DNA from: Leptolyngbyaceae cyanobacterium
GTDB lineage: Bacteria > Cyanobacteriota > Cyanobacteriia > Phormidesmidales > Phormidesmidaceae
Assembly: GCA_050331235.1 (NCBI GenBank)
Contig: JBHJHA010000059.1
Span: 1 to 64,000, forward strand
Direction: 5' to 3'
Length of the DNA: 64,000 nt
Shown: piece after piece, positions 54,141 through 64,000 of the stretch
How the letters are laid out: the number at the start of each line of letters is the position of its first letter
How positions within the stretch are numbered: position 1 is the stretch's first letter
The notes under the pieces: model-generated
The model's database searches: none
The model's input: only the letters and a program-made list of their open reading frames with translations
What the model was told of the DNA's origin: nothing
Program-made: the position numbers and the translations under genes

Positions 54141-54452
54141 CTAGTGCCGAAACATCCGACACAGGCGATCGCCCACACCCGCCGGCGTAAATGGTTGAGT
54201 TCGCCCTTTTTGGGGTCCTGCCATGGGCGTCTGGGTGCGATCGCGACAGTTATAACGGGTCTGAGGTTGACGTTCTCCGTCGATCGTGGCCTGAACCCGA
54301 TAGCGCCAGTGATATTTAGCGCTGCGTTGCACTTGAGTTAGACAAATCTCGTGCCCTGCACTGCGGTAGCAGTTACTGGCGGCAGCGGGAGCTGCCACCC
54401 CCACCATGGTCAAGGCGATCGCGAGCAACATTCCGAGGGCCGATTTCATCAT
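54141..54452 (-). CDS. Small secreted hypothetical protein
   Basis: Signal peptide, Cys pattern C..IC..QRSAKYHWRYRV...YNC. Confidence 0.6.
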   Translation of the reverse strand: MMKSALGMLLAIALTMVGVAAPAAASNCYRSAGHEICLTQVQRSAKYHWRYRVQATIDGERQPQTRYNCRDRTQTPMAGPQKGRTQPFTPAGVGDRLCRMFRH

Positions 54453-54611
54453 GGGGTGAGGGCGATCACGCTGATATGGGGGACTTCGACAGTGTGCCAA
54501 AGAAGCTGCCCCTTGTCATGCCACTACCAAATCGTTGACTGCGGCCTCGCCAGCATTGTCCCAAGTTGGGTTGGGTATGGCAGAGTGAAAGACGACATCA
54601 TCGACCACTAA

Positions 54612-55268
54612 ATGGAAACTCTCGTTCTTCGCCATCACTCGCTACAGCTCCTGCCAGAAAAGGCAGCTTTCTTCCCTAAGCATGCCGCCCTGCTGGTCTC
54701 TGACATGCACTTGGGCAAGTCAGAAACGTTTCAGCACTTTGGCATTCCGGTGCCCAGCCAGGTCAATCAGGCCACCCTAACTCGGCTGAAACAAGCTCAG
54801 CGTCGTACCCAGGCGGAGCAGCTATTTGTGTTAGGTGATCTGTTTCATTCTCGGGTCGGAGTGGTCGATGAAGTGATTGACGGCTGGCTGAAATTGCTCG
54901 CCGAGACCCAGCTAGAGGCTCACTTGATACTCGGTAACCACGATCGCGCGCTGATGGATGATTTGACGCAGTTTTCCCTTGCCTGCCACGCTACCCCCAT
55001 TGACCTTGGTCCCGTTATTCTCAGCCACGAACCCCTGCCAGTAACGGATGCTGTAAATATTTGCGGCCACGTGCACCCCTGCGTACAACTGGGAACGAAC
55101 GCCGATCGCCTGCGGCTTCCCTGCTTTTATTGGGAGGCATCGCTCAATCGGCTGACACTTCCGTCGTTCGGCGATTTCACGGGGGGGTACACGGTTCCAA
55201 TGTTGCCAAACACAACGGCCTACGCGATCGCCGATGATGCTGTGATTCCCTTTAGTCGCTGCGCCTAA
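54612..55268 (+). CDS. pdeM: PdeM-like metallophosphoesterase/endonuclease
   Basis: VSDMHLGKSETF, LGDLFHS, LGNHD, HEP, CGHVHP, LPSFGDFTGG. Confidence 0.85.
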   Translation: METLVLRHHSLQLLPEKAAFFPKHAALLVSDMHLGKSETFQHFGIPVPSQVNQATLTRLKQAQRRTQAEQLFVLGDLFHSRVGVVDEVIDGWLKLLAETQLEAHLILGNHDRALMDDLTQFSLACHATPIDLGPVILSHEPLPVTDAVNICGHVHPCVQLGTNADRLRLPCFYWEASLNRLTLPSFGDFTGGYTVPMLPNTTAYAIADDAVIPFSRCA

Positions 55269-55311
55269 GCCCAGCCTAAGTCAACTCCGACAGCCTAATT
55301 GGTTTATTCGG

Positions 55312-56292
55312 CTAACCGGTAATGACGCGATTGCGGCCCGCCCGCTTAGCCTGGAGGAGATTATTATCCGCCCGCCGGATGAGTGCTTCTCCTTTATCAT
55401 CATCGTCCGCTGCCAGCGTCGCCACGCCAATACTGACTGTTAGGGGCAGGTCTAAACTTTTGCTGATGACAAACGGATTGCCGTTGATCAACCGACGTAG
55501 ACGCTCTGCCAGCTTAATGGATTCCTCTGCGGAGGTGTTTTGCAGCAGCACTACAAACTCTTCCCCACCATAGCGAAAAGGCGTTTCATAAAATCGCATA
55601 TGGTGCCGCAGGCGATCAGCAAACATCCGGAGTACTTGATCGCCCACCAAATGACCGTGGTCATCATTCACCCGTTTGAAGTGATCAACGTCCATAATCA
55701 GCAGACTGAGGGGATGATTTTGCTCACGGGTGACTTGAATCTGACGGGGCAGCTCCCAGTCAAAGGCCCGACGGTTACCTAATTGGGTCAACGGATCGAC
55801 CAAGGCGATCGCGGACAATAAGTCATTCGCTTGAGATAGTTCTCGATAGGCTTGGTTGCGGCGGCTAGCGGTTCTGATGTAAGCCTGTAAGAGACGATTC
55901 AGATGCTCAAGTGATGCCGCAGACGTGGTGTCCGAATTTCTCGGAATCCACTGATAGGCGTCCGCTCCGGTCTCCAGCGCCGTGGTGATTAGGCCCGTTT
56001 GGTGTAGCAGTGCTTCAGAAGGCGTATGTGCTTCTGGACAAGGGCGATCGTCTAGCAAAATGCAATAACACCACATGAGATGTCGCTGCTGTTTGAGAGC
56101 TTGGCAGAGCTCCCAATTACTCGGCTGAGTTGCCTGCAGCAGAATGATGTCTGGAATTTCGGACTCCAGAAGTTTGGTGGCAGCCTGAGCGTCTGACACC
56201 TGCCAAGATGTCATTACTGCCAGCCCTCGCACTTGTTCACAGAGACTTTCAGAAAACTCTGAATCTCCAACGATTAAAACCGATGCATTCAT
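55312..56292 (-). CDS. Diguanylate cyclase with degenerate receiver domain
   Basis: DPLTQLGNRRAF, DVDHFKRVND..GH..GD, RYGGEEF. Confidence 0.92.
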   Translation of the reverse strand: MNASVLIVGDSEFSESLCEQVRGLAVMTSWQVSDAQAATKLLESEIPDIILLQATQPSNWELCQALKQQRHLMWCYCILLDDRPCPEAHTPSEALLHQTGLITTALETGADAYQWIPRNSDTTSAASLEHLNRLLQAYIRTASRRNQAYRELSQANDLLSAIALVDPLTQLGNRRAFDWELPRQIQVTREQNHPLSLLIMDVDHFKRVNDDHGHLVGDQVLRMFADRLRHHMRFYETPFRYGGEEFVVLLQNTSAEESIKLAERLRRLINGNPFVISKSLDLPLTVSIGVATLAADDDDKGEALIRRADNNLLQAKRAGRNRVITG

Positions 56293-56974
56293 TACAGGGA
56301 AAAGACTATGCCTGTGCGGATGAACAAAATCGTGACACGTTAATCAAAGCATCGTGATGCTAAACGCTAAGACCAGACAAGTACAGGGGAGGCATAACCC
56401 GTTGCTTGTTGACGGCTGAGTGTTGACATACACAAACTTGGTTGATGTAAACGTAAATGTGGACGCACGAGGGCAGGGAGATCACGGAGAAACCATCGGG
56501 AGCTTGGTTTCTAGCACTCTCTTAATTACCATAACTAAGCAAAATCTCTTCTGAATGTAGAGATGGGAATGAAAGGGGACATTGAGTGTTTATCCCAAGC
56601 TTAATTAATGTATCTAGATATTCACCGCGGGATGTTGAATTCCCGGATAGTCTCTGTGATTTTCGAAAAAACCCTGCCCGTTGGCTGATGCATTTGTAGA
56701 GAAAGTACCTCCTAACAAGTTTCCCTGATTGAGCTTTATCACGACAGTCTTATGAATGCGATGCTAGGCGAGCCGAACTTGTGGGTGCAACGCCTCAGTA
56801 TATTCACATAAAACGGTCTCGACATCGCAAGCGCCTCCACTCCTGGTGCTTCAACGCACCATTGACCCAAAATGATTCGTCAGTTTGTTGAGGTTTTGAC
56901 CGCGAGATCGGCTAACATCCCTCACAATAGATAAACAGTGCCAAATTTGTTGCGATCGCATTGCCCATCGTCCT

Positions 56975-59614
56975 ATGCCTACTTCCCCGTCTCCGTCCGT
57001 TGTGACCCGTGGCGCCGATATTCGCAGAACCTTTCTGGAGTTTTATGCCCAGCGGGGGCACACGATTTTGCCCAGTGCCTCCCTCGTGCCGGAAGATCCC
57101 ACGGTGCTGTTGACGATCGCGGGCATGCTGCAATTCAAGCCAATCTTTTTAGGCCAGCGGGAAGCCACGGTTGATCGCGCCACTACCTCACAAAAATGTA
57201 TTCGCACGAACGACATCGAGAATGTTGGTCGCACGGCTCGGCACCATACCTTCTTTGAGATGCTGGGCAACTTTAGCTTTGGCGACTATTTCAAAGAACA
57301 GGCGATCGCTTGGGCCTGGGAACTTTCCACAGAGATCTTTCAGCTCCCGGCGGAGCGCTTGGTCGTTAGCGTTTTTCGGGAAGATGACGAGGCCTTTGCG
57401 ATTTGGCGCGATCAGATTGGCGTGCCCCCCCATCGCATTTTGCGCATGGATGAGGAAGATAACTTTTGGACATCTGGCCCCACGGGACCCTGTGGTCCTT
57501 GTTCGGAGATTTACTACGACTTCCACCCCGAACGCGGTGACGACGACATCGATCTGGAAGATGACTCGCGCTTTATCGAGTTTTACAACTTGGTGTTCAT
57601 GCAGTACAACCGCGATGCGGCGGGTACCCTCACCCCCTTGCAAAAGCAAAATATTGATACCGGGCTGGGGTTAGAGCGCATGGCGCAAATCTTGCAGCAA
57701 AAGCCGAACAATTATGAAACGGATCTGATCTTTCCCATCATTGAAACTGCGGCGACCATTGCCAGTTTGGACTACGCCCACTGTGACGAGTCGGCGCAGG
57801 TTTCGCTCAAGGTGATTGGCGACCACGTGCGGGCAGTGGTGCACATGATTGCCGATGGCATCACCGCCTCTAACGTGGGACGGGGTTACATTTTGCGGCG
57901 CTTGATTCGGCGGGTGGTGCGTCACGGGCGCTTGATTGGCATCGAAGGGGCCTTTATTAATCAGGTAGCGGCTACCGCGATCGCCCTATCAGAGTCGGTG
58001 TATGCCAACGTACGTGACCGCGAACCGGTCATTACAGCAGAGCTCGCCCGCGAAGAAGCCCGCTTTTTAGAAACCATCGAACGCGGCGAAAAGCTCCTGG
58101 TGGATATTCTGGCGCGGGAAGACCAGCAAATCTCCGGCACAGATGCCTTCATCCTGTATGACACCCATGGGTTTCCCCTAGAGCTGACGCAGGAAATTGC
58201 CGCGGAGCACAACTTGACGGTGGATGCCGCCGGCTTTGAAGCGGAGATGGAAAAACAGCGGCAGCGTTCCAAAGACGCCCACGAAACCATTGACCTCACC
58301 GCCAAAGGCAGCCTGGATAGCCTAGCAGAGCAGCTCAGCACCACTAGCTTTTTGGGCTATACCGACCCGGTGAGTACGAGTCGCGTCGAGGCCATCTTGG
58401 TCGCTGGGGAGACCCAAGTTGAAGCGGAAGCCGGGGCCGAGGTGCAAATCGTGATGGACCAAACCCCGTTTTATGCCGAATCCGGCGGACAAATTGGCGA
58501 TCACGGCTATCTCTCTGGTGATAGCTTCGTTATTCGCATCGAAGATGTCAAAAAAGAGCGCGACTTTTTCCTCCACCTTGGTCGCGTGGAGCGGGGCACC
58601 GTGCGGGTGGGCGATCCGGTCACGGCACAAATTGACCGAGCGCAGCGCCGTCGGGCCATGGCCAACCACACTGCGACCCACCTTTTGCAGGCCGCCCTTA
58701 AAAAGCTGATCGACGACAGCATCTCCCAAGCGGGCTCCCTCGTGGCCTTTGACCGGCTCCGGTTTGACTTTAACTGTCCTCGCGCTCTGACTGCCGACGA
58801 AGGGCAGCAGGTTGAAGCCCAAGTCAATACCTGGATTGCCGATGGCCACGCCGCCACCATTGAGGTAATGCCCATCGATGAGGCGAAAAAACGTGGGGCG
58901 ATCGCCATGTTCGGTGAAAAGTATGGGGCGGAGGTCCGCGTCATTGATTTTCCTGGGGTTTCCATGGAGCTCTGTGGCGGCACCCACGTCAGCAACACCG
59001 CCGAAATCGGACTGTTCAAAATCATCGCTGAAGCCGGTGTCGCCTCCGGTATTCGCCGCATTGAGGCCGTGGCCGGTCCCGCTGTGCTGGACTACCTGAA
59101 TGTACGGGATGCCGTCGTCCGGGACCTATCAGAGCGGTTTAAGGTCAAGCCAGAAGAGGTGCCTGATCGCATCACCAGTCTGCAAACGGAGCTCAAAACC
59201 ACCCAAAAAGAGCTGGAATCCCTCAAGTCGGAGCTGGCGGTTCTACAGTCCGACCAGTTGGTCAATGAGGCGATCGCCGTTGGCGACGTCCAGGTTCTAG
59301 TGGCCGAATTGTCTGGGGTCGCGCCCGACGCCCTCAAAACCGCTGGGGAACGGCTCTTGCAAAAGCTCGGGGAAGGTGCAGTCGTGCTCGGCTCGGTCCC
59401 CGAACCTGACAAAGTTAGCTTAGTTGCGGCGTTTAGCCCCAAGGTGATTGAGCAAAAACTCCAGGCGGGTAAATTCATCGGGGCGATCGCGAAAATTTGC
59501 GGCGGCGGCGGCGGCGGTCGTCCTAACCTCGCTCAGGCCGGTGGACGAGACGCGTCAAAACTGCCGGAAGCACTAGATGCGGCCAAGCAGCAGCTCATGG
59601 ACACGCTGGGCTGA
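56975..59614 (+). CDS. alaS: Alanine--tRNA ligase
   Basis: [49 protein letters not shown]. Confidence 0.98.
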   Translation: MPTSPSPSVVTRGADIRRTFLEFYAQRGHTILPSASLVPEDPTVLLTIAGMLQFKPIFLGQREATVDRATTSQKCIRTNDIENVGRTARHHTFFEMLGNFSFGDYFKEQAIAWAWELSTEIFQLPAERLVVSVFREDDEAFAIWRDQIGVPPHRILRMDEEDNFWTSGPTGPCGPCSEIYYDFHPERGDDDIDLEDDSRFIEFYNLVFMQYNRDAAGTLTPLQKQNIDTGLGLERMAQILQQKPNNYETDLIFPIIETAATIASLDYAHCDESAQVSLKVIGDHVRAVVHMIADGITASNVGRGYILRRLIRRVVRHGRLIGIEGAFINQVAATAIALSESVYANVRDREPVITAELAREEARFLETIERGEKLLVDILAREDQQISGTDAFILYDTHGFPLELTQEIAAEHNLTVDAAGFEAEMEKQRQRSKDAHETIDLTAKGSLDSLAEQLSTTSFLGYTDPVSTSRVEAILVAGETQVEAEAGAEVQIVMDQTPFYAESGGQIGDHGYLSGDSFVIRIEDVKKERDFFLHLGRVERGTVRVGDPVTAQIDRAQRRRAMANHTATHLLQAALKKLIDDSISQAGSLVAFDRLRFDFNCPRALTADEGQQVEAQVNTWIADGHAATIEVMPIDEAKKRGAIAMFGEKYGAEVRVIDFPGVSMELCGGTHVSNTAEIGLFKIIAEAGVASGIRRIEAVAGPAVLDYLNVRDAVVRDLSERFKVKPEEVPDRITSLQTELKTTQKELESLKSELAVLQSDQLVNEAIAVGDVQVLVAELSGVAPDALKTAGERLLQKLGEGAVVLGSVPEPDKVSLVAAFSPKVIEQKLQAGKFIGAIAKICGGGGGGRPNLAQAGGRDASKLPEALDAAKQQLMDTLG

Positions 59615-59624
59615 TGCTGCCAGT

Positions 59625-59662
59625 AGGCTTTTCGGCCTTTGCCGGCAAAGGCCGAAAAGCCT
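59625..59662. repeat. Perfect 38-bp palindrome, probable terminator
   Basis: aggcttttcggcctttgcc|ggcaaaggccgaaaagcct, 10 nt after the alaS stop. Confidence 0.85.
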
Positions 59663-59828
59663 TAAAGAGAGCCAGCTTTGCCTAGACTCGCTTTATTACC
59701 CACTAAGACCAATGCTCTTAGATAGGGAAAAAGCCCTATTAAACTGACATAATCCCCTATCAAGTGAACGGCAACAGCAGGAGTTCCCTTACTTGCAGTA
59801 GCGCTATTATGCAAATCGATATAGCCCT

Positions 59829-60512
59829 TCAATAGCCCGTCGGCTGCTGGGAACTGGTTAAATTTGACTGAAGCTGTCGATCCAGGGTTTCGCCTAGTTT
59901 GTCGGCAATGCCCTCGATCCAGGTTTCATCTTGTTGGGTATAGCTGCGCGGGGCATTGGCTGCCAAGATCAGCGCCCCCCCATTGCCCATGGGCTGACAG
60001 ATCACGCCTTGGGTGTTTTCCGGCAAGTAGGTAAATTCGACTCTTCCTGGATACAGCCTGAGGTCAACCAGGTACACCGCCTTGCCCTTCTCCAAGACTC
60101 GCTGGAGAATCGCGCCGGGAATGACCTCTGCATTTGGGCTCAGGGTGCCCCGGCGCATCAGCACTTGACCACCGTAGTAGGCCACCAGCGATCGCGTCAC
60201 CGTATTCGTCAGCAGCAAATGAGACGCCCAGGCCAGCTCCGTTTGCACTGTGTCGGGGAGTGTCCCATCTAACTCAAAGCCAGCTTTCCCAATGAGCTCC
60301 ACTGCTTCCGGGGGGCGAGGCTGCACCCGCTGCCACAGCAACCCCGCCAACACTAATACGGCACAAAGAATGATGCCAATCACGTCGGAGCGGGCCTGGG
60401 CCTCGGTCAGCGTCGGCGTCAAAAAACGATTAACGATCAATAGCGAACTGCCCAGGATGCCAGTAGCGATGGGCAATTTACGTAGTAGCTCACTTTGACC
60501 AGGGGCAGCCAT
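59829..60512 (-). CDS. Cofactor assembly of complex C subunit B (CCB2/CCB4 family)
   Basis: ELAWASHLLLTNT, YPGRVEF.YLPENTQGVICQP, PRSYT.QDE.WI. Confidence 0.82.
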   Translation of the reverse strand: MAAPGQSELLRKLPIATGILGSSLLIVNRFLTPTLTEAQARSDVIGIILCAVLVLAGLLWQRVQPRPPEAVELIGKAGFELDGTLPDTVQTELAWASHLLLTNTVTRSLVAYYGGQVLMRRGTLSPNAEVIPGAILQRVLEKGKAVYLVDLRLYPGRVEFTYLPENTQGVICQPMGNGGALILAANAPRSYTQQDETWIEGIADKLGETLDRQLQSNLTSSQQPTGY

Positions 60513-60659
60513 GAATTATGGAACCTTTATAACAAGTCTGACGATGGAGAATCGACACTAAGCTGGGTGCCGTCATCGCCGCTCCTAGCCAGCCTAATGC
60601 TCTGCTGTATTTTATCAATCCCCTGGAATTAATCTCGGGAGTGTCGTTGTCGTGTCAGG

Positions 60660-61730
60660 CTATCCTCCCGGCAAAGCCTGAATGCGATTGGGCGGCCAGT
60701 AGATTTTGTAGGCTCGGCCTAAAATTTTGTCGGCGGGCAGATATCCCCAAATGTGGGAATCGCTGCTTTGGTTGCGGTTATCGCCCAGCACAAAATAGCT
60801 GCGGGGGGGCACTTGTGCCGGTCCCCATCGATAGGGGGGACGAGACTGCACGTAAGGTTCTACTAGCGGTTGACCGTTGACTTTGACCTGCTGATCCACC
60901 ACCTCCACGGTTTGGCCTGGAAGGGCGATGATCCGCTTTACAAATAGCGTGTCGGCATCCAGGGAGGGGCGTTGGGCGCTGAGTGCCGCCGGCGGCTGAA
61001 AGACGACAATATCTCTCGCAGCTGGCTCAAACTGGGTATGACGCCGGACGAATAGGCGATCGCCCACCTGCAGTGTCGGCAACATTGACTCCGTGGGCAC
61101 CACGCACTGAATAAAGCTGTGGTTGACCCACTGTGGGGCATTGCCAACCACTAGGCGCGTGATAAAAAGCCCTAGCACCAATAGGGCGATCGCGGTAGAC
61201 TGCCGCTGCTGTCGCTGGGGAAAGGTTTGGTATAGGTGATAGCAGCTAAAGGCCCAGATCGTCGGCGGTAAGGGAATCAGCGGCGGGTATAAGTTGGCTA
61301 ACCAGGCAGTCCCGATACCCAGCACTAGCAAAATCCCCCCCGTTACTGCCTGCTGGCTATACAAATGGCCTAACCCTGGTAAGAGCTGCGACAGAAAGAC
61401 GGCATACCACACGTCCCGTCGGCCCTTGGGCACGGTAATCCGACTGCCGTAGTCAGCCTGGGTGCCGCGATAGGCGTCTAAAATACTGAGGCTGTAGAGT
61501 ATCGCCAAAAAGCCTAAAGCCCAAAATCCATAGATGGTGTTGCCCGCTGCGCCAAAAATTGACCATAGGGCAAACAGCAGCAGCCCTCCTGTCAGTCCCA
61601 CCATCATCCATCCTTTGCCACGATGCTGACTGTAGAGCTGCCCCAGCCCTGGACACAGCAGCGCATAGTTGACCGCCAGCCAAGGATCGGGCGATCGCGA
61701 TGGTTGATGAGATGAGGCGGCAGGCGACAT
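60660..61730 (-). CDS. lepB: Signal peptidase I with extended N-terminal membrane domain
   Basis: TESMLPTLQVGDRL, FVKRIIALPG, LGDNRNQSSDSHIWG; duplicated PGLG.LY TM motif. Confidence 0.9.
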   Translation of the reverse strand: MSPAASSHQPSRSPDPWLAVNYALLCPGLGQLYSQHRGKGWMMVGLTGGLLLFALWSIFGAAGNTIYGFWALGFLAILYSLSILDAYRGTQADYGSRITVPKGRRDVWYAVFLSQLLPGLGHLYSQQAVTGGILLVLGIGTAWLANLYPPLIPLPPTIWAFSCYHLYQTFPQRQQRQSTAIALLVLGLFITRLVVGNAPQWVNHSFIQCVVPTESMLPTLQVGDRLFVRRHTQFEPAARDIVVFQPPAALSAQRPSLDADTLFVKRIIALPGQTVEVVDQQVKVNGQPLVEPYVQSRPPYRWGPAQVPPRSYFVLGDNRNQSSDSHIWGYLPADKILGRAYKIYWPPNRIQALPGG

Positions 61731-61916
61731 GTGATCGGCAAAAAGCAAACTAGCTGGGCTGATTAGGTAGCGGCCAGTAATGTGACTAGCCACACCGCTC
61801 AACCATAGCTAAGGTCATGCTTTTTCGCGCTGGCCGAGGCCATAAAAAGTTTTGCTCAAGGGCAACAGTCGGCAGATTTTCATGTTAAGTTAACAAAGCA
61901 ACATTCGGTTGCCTCT

Positions 61917-61990
61917 CGGGGCGTAGCGCAGCTTGGTAGCGCACTACTTTGGGGTAGTAGGGGTCGTGGGTTCAAATCCCGCCGCTCCGA
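61917..61990 (+). tRNA. tRNA-Pro (anticodon GGG)
   Basis: CGGGGCG acceptor, anticodon arm ctact-ttGGGgt-agtag, T-arm GGTTCAAATCC; no encoded CCA. Confidence 0.96.
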
Positions 61991-61994
61991 TTGA

Positions 61995-62022
61995 CTGGAA
62001 CCTTTGCCTGTCAAGGGTTCCA
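61995..62022 (+). terminator. Hairpin directly after the tRNA
   Basis: ctggaacctttg-cctgt-caagggttccag. Confidence 0.6.
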
Positions 62023-62045
62023 GAATTATTTAGAAAACAAAATAG

Positions 62046-62891
62046 TTGCTGGTGACGGCTAGTTTTCGCGGACAAAGTGCGACACAATTATGTCCTTCTG
62101 GGACACAGTGTGGTGAAAGTGTGGTGACGGCCAACTCTGGTAAAGGGTCGGTTTCAGTTAGTGCAAACCGGGGCTGGTTACGATTGTGGTGGCGATATCA
62201 GGGACAAAACTACACCATGGCTGTGGGTTTGCCCGATAGTCCGATCAACCGCGAGTTGGCACAACGGCAAGCGATGATTATCCAATCGGACCTGCAGGCT
62301 GATCGCTTTACGCCTGGCAGCTTTGACCCGACTCTGACAAAATATCGCGACCAACATGGTGAATCAGCCATTTCAGTAGTGAAACTGTTTGAGCGATTCA
62401 CAGAGCACAAGCGCAAAACCCTTCCTGACCCAGACTCGATTATCAAGTACCGAGGGCTCTCAGCTCGTTTGAAGAAGTATTTCAAAACTCGATCAGCTCA
62501 GGCCATCTCTGAAAACCAATCCTTTGAGTTTCGAGATTGGCTGCTAAAGGAGCTGGAGCCTATCACTGCGCGTGAGCGTATTGGCATGATGCGCTCTTGC
62601 TGGCATTGGGGCATTAAGCGCAAATTGCTGAGTGAAAACCCCTGGACGGATGTGAAGGGAAAGGTGCCGCCCAAGCCCAAACCCTTTACAACCGAAGAGA
62701 TTAAGAGCATTTTGGGCGATTGCTAAAGCCAGGCCAAATATCAGCATTGGCACGACTTTATTGAATTTTGCCTATCGGTGGGGTGCCGGCCAGGTGAGGC
62801 GGCGGGACTAAAGTGGCAGCACCTATCCGATGAGTGTGGCTCTATGTGGGTGGGTGAGAGCTGGGGATGGGGACGTCAGAAAGGGACCAAA
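62046..62891 (+). pseudogene. Tyrosine integrase with N-terminal arm-binding domain, broken
   Basis: GWLRLWWRYQG...GLPDSPINRELA, FDPTLTKY; TAA 62724 then in-frame FCLSVGCRPGEAAGLKW...KGTK; C-terminal catalytic half absent; true start probably near 62121. Confidence 0.88.
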
Positions 62892-63529
62892 GTTATCGGG
62901 GATACTTGCCGGAGGTGAAGCCGCAAATTGCCGATCTGGCGATGAATGATAGCGGGATTCGGGATACTGCACGGGTGCTGCAGATCGGCCCCACTACGGT
63001 AATTGAGGAACGCAAAAAAACATCGCCAGCTTGAGGCGGTGAATCGCCCTCTCCTGGAGTCTATGAAAACTCTGCCCACTGTGACGATGGTCGTTCGCGT
63101 TGAGGCGGTTGAAATGGATGAAATGTGGAGCTTTGTGTCAGTCCAAGCGACCACAACGATGGCTGTGGCACGCGATCGATCATCGTACTGGAAAGGTATT
63201 GGCCTATGTCCTGGCACCTCATGAAGACTAGGCCCTGGAGACGCTTATGGACCGGCTGGCGCCCTTCGGCATTCAGCAGTTTTTCACCGATGCCTGTAAT
63301 GCTTACTGATGGCTCCTGGAAGCGGAACAACACACCGTCGGTAAAGCCAATACCCAGCGGATTGAGCGCAAGCCTTTGCCCTTACGAACATGGATCAAAC
63401 GATTGGCTCGTAAAACCATTTGCTTTTCCAAATCCGTTCTGATGCATGATACGGTGATTGGCCTGTTTATCAACCGCCATGAATTTGGGCGAGCCGTGTG
63501 ACCGCTTTCCACAGGTCTAGAACATCACC
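62892..63529 (+). mobile_element. IS1-family element remnant (left end deleted, transposase degraded)
   Basis: InsA tail YRGYLPEVK..MNDSGIRDTARVL, A7C slippery site 63014-63021, InsB EMDEMWSFV..RWLWHAID..TQRIER..KRLARKTICFSK with stops; right end reads GGTGATGTTC on -. Confidence 0.9.
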
Positions 63530-63869
63530 GGTTGTTGGCAGCTCTGGGAGAATAACGGGCCGTGCCTCTCCCAAGTGACGTTGTCAGAGTTGGTGCTGAA
63601 AGATGTGTTGGTTGCCCTGCCCGACCAACGACAAGCAGAATGATGCGGTACAGAATCCCGATGAAGCGATCGCCCTGATTCGGGAAGTGTTCAGCAAGTC
63701 AGAAGCGTCCCTAACCGCTGGGGCCATTAAGCAGCAAAAGCGACTGTTTAAGAACCACATGAGCCTGCCCGATCTGGAAGCGCTGTTGGCTCAACTGGTG
63801 ACGCGAGGCGTGGTCGTCATGACTGCCGAGACACTGCCGCGATATGCTCTGTCTACACAACGTCTTTAG
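63530..63869 (+). pseudogene. 3' fragment of a gene cut by IS1; winged-helix-like tail
   Basis: EAIALIREVFSK...LTAGAIKQ...LEALLAQLVTRGVV; no credible start. Confidence 0.35.
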
Positions 63870-63962
63870 GGTGTCTATACCTTGCCTTTCGGCGTCTTTA
63901 GCCGTCTTTGAGTAACGTCTCGGAGACACCGGAATGACGCCCCAAAGACATCCAGAAAGACA
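63850..63962. repeat. Phased direct and inverted GTCT/AGAC short repeats
   Basis: GTCT at 63851, 63862, 63873, 63894, 63904, 63917; AGAC at 63924, 63946, 63958. Confidence 0.6.
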
Positions 63963-64000
63963 GCCGCGATCACGGTGAGGGGAGTCAACTTGCGGGCAGA

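Noticed and set aside
56293..56974. 680-bp gap upstream of the diguanylate cyclase as a c-di-GMP riboswitch or T-box
   Set aside because: No consensus motifs found by eye

Overview
Chromosomal window from a cyanobacterium: the HIP1 octamer GCGATCGC is frequent, and chlH, psb27, rpaA and a Ccb4-like gene are present. Most of it (7.6-61.9 kb) is housekeeping: chlH, an ABC peptide-binding protein, cobI, hisH, rsmD, rpaA, an sbcD-like gene, prfA, the rpmJ-rpsM-rpsK-rpoA-rplQ-truA-rplM-rpsI-rpmE block, pgi, fbaB, two thioredoxins, fabG, alaS and lepB. It also holds a Yfr2-like sRNA and an orphan long hairpin. Two accessory zones flank this core. (1) 0.1-7.6 kb is a partly decayed cassette cluster behind the chlH terminator. 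It has three Uma2 genes, two paralogous BrnT-type TA pairs, a PemK pair, DUF2283 genes and an AT-rich WD40 lipoprotein. It also has a TIR-GUN4 gene with an adenine-free, NNT-codon 3' stretch resembling a DGR variable region, directly beside an Avd-fold four-helix-bundle gene bracketed by inverted heptamer arrays. (2) From 61.9 kb, tRNA-Pro(GGG) is followed by a broken tyrosine integrase fused to an IS1 remnant and a phased iteron-like array. Scattered substitutions at normally conserved residues of essential genes suggest sequence noise or drift, so single-lesion pseudogene calls are tentative. All calls are by eye, with no database searches.
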